Assembly: GCA_040954595.2 (NCBI GenBank)
Contig: CM082583.2
Location: 2,923,060 to 2,987,059 of the forward strand
Direction: 5' to 3'
Source of the DNA: Balanoglossus misakiensis
Lineage: Eukaryota; Animalia; Hemichordata
DNA length: 64,000 nt
Under the pieces are notes generated by a model. That model was not told the origin of the DNA, did no database searches, and saw only the letters and a program-made list of their open reading frames with translations. Below are positions 60,901-64,000 of this stretch, in pieces. The stretch's first letter is position 1; every line of letters starts with the position of its first letter. Made by a program: the position numbers and the translations under genes.

Positions 60901-62478
60901 AACTTTTTCATATTTTGCCAAACATTGTTCTGCACATACAGTTTTCTGTACTTCACGATATACTAGGTCATGATCATATCTTCCTGCAAGTCTACGTTTT
61001 TTGTTCTCTCTATACAGTACATCTTCATGATATCTCTTTCTACTATCCGATTTTATGTTGTCTCTATATTCAGAATTAGTCTGATAGCGTTCATATTGTT
61101 TAGATGCTTTAGAGCTCTTCAGACTACTGGGTACATTTAATTCATTCAATTTACCTCTTTCACTTTCATACTTTTCACGCCTGAGTTTCTTTTTCAACCG
61201 TTCACCAATGGCTCTACCGCGTTTCTTATTTCGTACTGGTGCGAAACACTGTGTTCCAAAAACGTCATCCAAATGGAACTCTTTTTTCAAACCAATTTGT
61301 TTTGAACACTCATTGTCTGTCACACCCATGCATTCTCCAGTTACATTTTCAATAGGGACAACTTCATTGCAATCAATGTGTGTACAATGACAGTTTTCCA
61401 ACTGTGGTGTCTTCACACACTCAACTACTTCATAATGGTTTCTATTGCGATGGTTCAGGTATATACCAACACCTCTATCAACATTGTTTTTATTGATTAT
61501 ATTACATGAATGTTTCCACCAACTATCGAAACTGTACACGAAAATATTTACATTGAAGAGATTTGTAGTGGCAAGGATTTCAGTTTCTGTAGCCCATGTT
61601 CCGAGATGATCCATTCTGGACTTTGCAATGTAATCAGCAACTGATGTATATCCATCTAACCGTACCCAGCCTGAATAAACTTCCTCATTGGCTTTCAAGT
61701 GATTCACAATGGCCGTTCGAATAACTCCGTGATTTCGCTCAGTCCCACTTATACAATATGACAAGGACCTAAAAAAACAGTTCCCATCACCAATAATTGA
61801 CTTGTAATTACATGGGTCTCCAATTGTTACACTTCCAAGTTTATTGAAAATATCAATATTATTTTTATCTACAATGTCAAATTTGCAACACAGCTGTTCA
61901 CATACATCAAAAGTTAGTGGAGAGAACGAATATACGCTGTCCCCTGTTCCACTACCAATATATAGGTCATCCGATGAATCATTGTCAAGACTATGTTCTT
62001 GCAGAATTTCATTACTTCCTTCAGTCTTATCAACACTTTGATTTTCAGTCTCAAATATCTCATTGTTGACTTTTGTACTTTCATTTTCTCTGTCACTTTT
62101 TCTGATTTTATCCATATTCCTGTTTTTAGAGAGGGCAGGCCCCTCTTTGAATTCATTTCTATTCCTGTTTTTAGAGAGGGCAGGCCCCTCTTTGTATTCA
62201 TTTCTATTCCTGTTTTTAGAGAGGGCAGGCCCCTCTTTGTATTCATTTCTATTCCTGTTTTTAGAGAGGGCAGGCCCCTCTTTGAATTCATTTCTATTCC
62301 TGTTTTTAGAGAGGGCAGGCCCCTCTTTGTATTCATTTCTATTCCTGTTTTTAGAGAGGGCAGGCCCCTCTTTGTGCTCTATAGCTATCCTGTTTTTCAA
62401 GAGGACAGGATCCTCAGACACAACAGTATCTTCATTCTTCTGACTCCTCTTCTTCCTCCAGTATCTACTGCGTGGCAT
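54775..62478 (-). CDS. Helentron (Helitron2-like) polyprotein: OTU protease, repeats, Cys/His cluster, HUH Rep, Pif1 helicase, APE-type endonuclease; 2567 aa
   Basis: Uninterrupted ORF; first ATG at 62478. OTU GDGNCFFR (61777-61791)...HYEVV; CSVC...CHTC; Rep motifs TWFCSFS, VEFQQRGSPHTH (HUH at 58492-58500), YIVSYISK; helicase GGAGTGKS (56734-56757), IIDEISMV, GDFYQLPPV, HKVQGLT, YVALSRV; endonuclease NVEGL, LTETWL, YRPP, GDFN, IDH. Confidence 0.96.
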   Translation of the reverse strand: MPRSRYWRKKRSQKNEDTVVSEDPVLLKNRIAIEHKEGPALSKNRNRNEYKEGPALSKNRNRNEFKEGPALSKNRNRNEYKEGPALSKNRNRNEYKEGPALSKNRNRNEFKEGPALSKNRNMDKIRKSDRENESTKVNNEIFETENQSVDKTEGSNEILQEHSLDNDSSDDLYIGSGTGDSVYSFSPLTFDVCEQLCCKFDIVDKNNIDIFNKLGSVTIGDPCNYKSIIGDGNCFFRSLSYCISGTERNHGVIRTAIVNHLKANEEVYSGWVRLDGYTSVADYIAKSRMDHLGTWATETEILATTNLFNVNIFVYSFDSWWKHSCNIINKNNVDRGVGIYLNHRNRNHYEVVECVKTPQLENCHCTHIDCNEVVPIENVTGECMGVTDNECSKQIGLKKEFHLDDVFGTQCFAPVRNKKRGRAIGERLKKKLRREKYESERGKLNELNVPSSLKSSKASKQYERYQTNSEYRDNIKSDSRKRYHEDVLYRENKKRRLAGRYDHDLVYREVQKTVCAEQCLAKYEKVPLYREHKKSESAAQCVDKYKKDQTFREQKKRQCVDKYKKDETFREQKKRQCVDKYKKDQTFREQKKRQNAALCVDKYKKDQTFREQKKRQCVDKYKKDQTFREQKKRQSAAQCVDKYTKDQTFREQKKRQCVDKYKKDQTFRELKKRQSAAQCVDKYKKDQTFREQKKRQSAAQCVHKYKKDLEFREQKKRQTAAVFADKFQNDQKFREHKKSQNAAQFLDKYNRDEEFQNWTKKKCLERYQQDHVYKQTVLQRRRTERKVTKIEKGNIERVIIDFRNQISVGPNCVCSVCHRRLFRKQVIVCKMDNYVSKGGLCEMNANKCITQEYVHNCSELCIVDCPLKSSAASKLWICHTCHSKLLRAEMPVQAAANNLDVKPIPDELKCLNSLEQHLIALHIPFMKMMALPRGGQNGVHGPVVCVPSNIEKATSILPRGELDDQMIKVKLKRKLSYKGCYQYQFVNKGHIQNALEYLQKNNKWYNDVKFNLTWENTLEKTEEKSNGESNENTEEKLLDTEGNDVASDTENGNEPDGDTNGIFMDTCFQPVDIGQDILDYHFDDIACVAPGEDNKPVRVLMEKFNEAKCFPVIFPTGSPTFHDDREVKITIGRYLQSRLMNASNRFAKSTDYIFYAQYRSELDQVVSNVSIALRKGTANACGKKVTSDVLTDGDSLREILKCDEGYKFLKPVRGTPPYWQATQKDIFAMIRQLGIPTWFCSFSAADLRWKEVIETILREEGDTRNAEDLDWCEKCGILRRNPVTAARMFDHRFHCFLNEVIMSPASPIGKIKDYFYRVEFQQRGSPHTHCLFWVENAPKVDKDSDEDVVEFVDRYVTCEMPSIEEDEVLHEIVKTVQKHSSRHSKSCKKKGTTCRFNFPRPPSNKTFICHPSVSIDTGIEVTDDDQCKDDQMSTSLESEFENSLLELDDTVLVQKKARQILERVWTCLCDKEKQIDTIDDLFNAVGISQEMFEQANAILAKKTSVVLKREPSDVWVNQYNTNLLRCWNANMDIQFVVDAYACVVYIVSYISKAEREMGLLLEHAQKEANKEGNMDAKSAMKELGGVYLHNREISAQEAVYRVCGLKLKQSSRKVQFIPTGENQIKMSLPLAAIQKKMKGGDLDEEEIWMNSIVDRYKNRPNGVDFDNMCLAKFCSEYRVVSKSEMKNVSNEKRHSPIVKLKNDVGYMQKRSISDGAVVRYARFSVTKCPEKHYGSILQLFLPYRTESQLKPSGFESFEDFYCLGAVKCGTASLEKVKMIVDANKALFETEADAIDAAGQFLDENGHLEDAWAQICPENELERLECIEEGKKCCDDDPVDDSDIPDLVKKPKGDDCHVELSNSMKKYEVEAMCRSLNKKQAEVFYTVRKWCLDKSNGKNPEPFYLFVTGGAGTGKSHLIKSIYHEAKRILARAMPDVDGISIALTAPTGVAAFNIQGTTLHHIFSIAVDSKLPYQPLREEKLNTLRCKFGNLQILIIDEISMVDKKLLYYVHGRLRQIKQSSAESPFGNVCVIAVGDFYQLPPVKASPLCIDRESVNLWNDNFSMVELTEIMRQKDCAFAEALNRVRVHKKGDTLNAGDVAMLQKCVTGETSEAMHVFATNAEVNSSNVEMLHSQCSDPVCIEAEDFSRNPKSGRLEKKEGHHVKVFRTTLPKTLTLAVGARVQLTHNIDVADGLVNGVFGTVCHIAVKPNEKFPAAIYVVFDNEKVGQGLRKKKPITISDLPVNSTPIEPQEMSVASNGGIRRQFPLKLAWACTVHKVQGLTVDKAVVSLKKMFAPGQAYVALSRVTTLDGLIINDFNKSSIYCNEKVQEALETMPKFLPKCTQKEHSNYTCSFVLHNVEGLVNHIKDICNDSEYLEADFICLTETWLSEKGTHCNLQLSGFEFNHQPRSQSYNQFDRNTSSLQLQQRGGVGVYSKLCNDFEILHLGVCNLECISFYVTKINVTVAVVYRPPSYKAEVFKKSLVCLVKAMEKYPGGKLIMGDFNEDILSRSSLVKFMEDHGFRQFVSEPTTEANTLIDHVYVKGIKYVTVNVVPKYFSFHEAISIKI
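60250..60861 (-). repeat. Coding tandem repeat, 54/66-bp units (QCVDKYKKDQTFREQKKR with or without QSAA)
   Basis: About nine near-identical units plus degenerate flanking units in the ORF translation. Confidence 0.95.
62115..62375 (-). repeat. Coding tandem repeat, 45-bp x6 (E[YF]KEGPALSKNRNRN)
   Basis: tattcctgtttttagagagggcaggcccctctttg recurs every 45 bp. Confidence 0.97.
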
Positions 62479-62869
62479 CTGGAACAAAGCAAATATACTG
62501 TCTAGTTAGGTTTTTACTATCCTTTCACCACCAGACTTCGGATAACCTTCTCATCAAATCACATCACTAGTGATTATAACCAGTAAAAAGCAGTGGAACT
62601 TTTAACAGACAGAAGTGATTTATAGAAACTAAGTCCGAACAAGGTTGTAATTCAACAGCAACACATAATACACACATATCCCCATGCCTGTATACAAATA
62701 GACACATATACACACAAAGTATCACAGACACACTTTTTTTCTGCTGGAACACAGGATAAGGCTTAAATCCTAACCCCTGTATGACTTAACATTCTGGCAT
62801 TCACATTAGAATGTGCTCAGACAAATCTCAGATCTGAGTGAAATTTTCTTTAAAAATAATTTCCACTAT

Positions 62870-63632
62870 TTAGCAATATCAAGTCCAAGTACGATAGGCA
62901 TACATGTATGAATTTGCACAGACATAAACAAATACACGGACACCCCAACATCCACCATGTACAACCAAATAAGGCTTCAGACCTGACCCTGAATGACCCG
63001 ACATTTTCCCATTTACGTTGCAATGTACTCAGCCAAATCTGAATAAAATTTCACTTCAAAACCATTTCCACCAGTTAGCAATATCAAGTCCAAGTCTGAT
63101 AGGCATACATGTATGAATTTGCACACACATAAACAAATACACGGACACCAAAACATCCACCGTGTACAACCAAATAAGGCTTCAGACCTGACCCTGAATG
63201 ACCCGACATTTTCCCATTTACGTTGCAATGTACTCAGACAAATGTGAATAAAATTTCACTTCAAAACCATTTCTACCAGTTAGCAATATCAAGTCCAAGT
63301 ACGATAGGCATACATGTATGAATTTGCACACACATAAACAAATACACGGACACCCCAACATCCACCGTGTGCAACCAAATAAGGCTTCAGACCTGACCCT
63401 GAATGACCCGACATTTTCCCATTTACGTTGCAATGTACTCAGCCAAATCTGAATAAAATTTCACTTCAAAACCATTTCCACCAACTAGCAATATCAAGTC
63501 CAAGTACGATAGGCATACATGTATGAATTTGCACACACATAAACAAATACACGGACACCCCAACATCCACCATGTACAACCAAATAAGGCTTCAGACCTG
63601 ACCCTGAATGACCCGACATTTTCTCATTTTCA
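62870..63632. repeat. 205-bp tandem array, about 3.7 units, upstream of the Helentron ORF
   Basis: tagcaatatcaagtccaagt at 62871, 63076, 63281, 63486. Confidence 0.96.
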
Positions 63633-64000
63633 TTATGCACTCATACGAATCACAAACGATTGTTATAGACCTGATTTACACTTAACAATTTAATATACAA
63701 GTTCAATAACAAGGCAGGGATATCAAGAAACATACATCATACCAATGTTTTATTGAAGCCACTGTTGTAAGAAACGGCACTATCCAATGGTCTTAACACC
63801 ACATAGCACAATGATTGTTCTGCACATACAAGTCCCTTCCTTTCTGATGTATTCAATAAACACCATTTCTATGAACTATTCTAATATGTTTTTGTTCCAT
63901 CACCCCTGAATAACAAATTCAAAGAAATGGGCTAGTGCTTTTACATGTTAACAGACGGTGCATGGAAGTGGACAATCATCCTATCTGATATTAAACCACA

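Larger units (their letters stand above)
45918..64000 (-). mobile_element. Putative autonomous Helentron; left end inferred at head 45918, right end outside the window
   Basis: Intact Rep-helicase-endonuclease ORF lies after an unclosed Helentron-type terminus, with no 3' terminus seen between them. The ORF is certain; the boundary is inference. Confidence 0.6.

Noticed and set aside
60114-61079. 321-aa plus-strand ORF and other overlapping ORFs
   Set aside because: Antisense or off-frame shadows of the 54/66-bp coding repeat.
54775-62487. Host PIF1 gene, LINE ORF2 or a viral gene
   Set aside because: The helicase is fused behind a Helitron-type HUH Rep with a C-terminal endonuclease and no reverse transcriptase, which is the Helentron layout; the track start at 62487 is a TTG within the acceptor tract.
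61914-62505. 126-170 aa ORFs overlapping the transposase start
   Set aside because: Shadows of the 45-bp repeat, which is open in several frames.

Overview
AT-rich animal genomic DNA with GT-AG spliceosomal introns; the repeat content suggests a marine invertebrate, but the species cannot be determined from the sequence. (1) 1799-37111, minus strand: a complete 21-exon MCTP gene (three C2 domains plus C-terminal membrane region, 880 aa, every splice phase consistent), with a candidate 6-nt microexon, candidate alternative first exons and several MITE/hairpin elements in its introns. (2) 37538-~48060: a cluster of Helentron-type non-autonomous elements (HINE/DINE-1 architecture). Five 5' ends are stacked back to back and followed by five body+3'-end units in exactly reverse order (heads X,B,B,A,A; bodies A,A,B,B,C), i.e. 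a Russian-doll nest in which each element sits in the same T-run of the previous one. A second stack of three heads follows, and none of them is closed inside the window. (3) 54775-62478, minus strand: an intact 2567-aa Helentron polyprotein (OTU, repeats, Cys/His cluster, HUH Rep, Pif1 helicase, APE-type endonuclease), flanked by a 963-bp x4 array made from its own 3' end and a 205-bp array upstream. It is plausibly the autonomous innermost member of the second stack. Coordinates were read by eye and family names come from motif recognition, not database searches.
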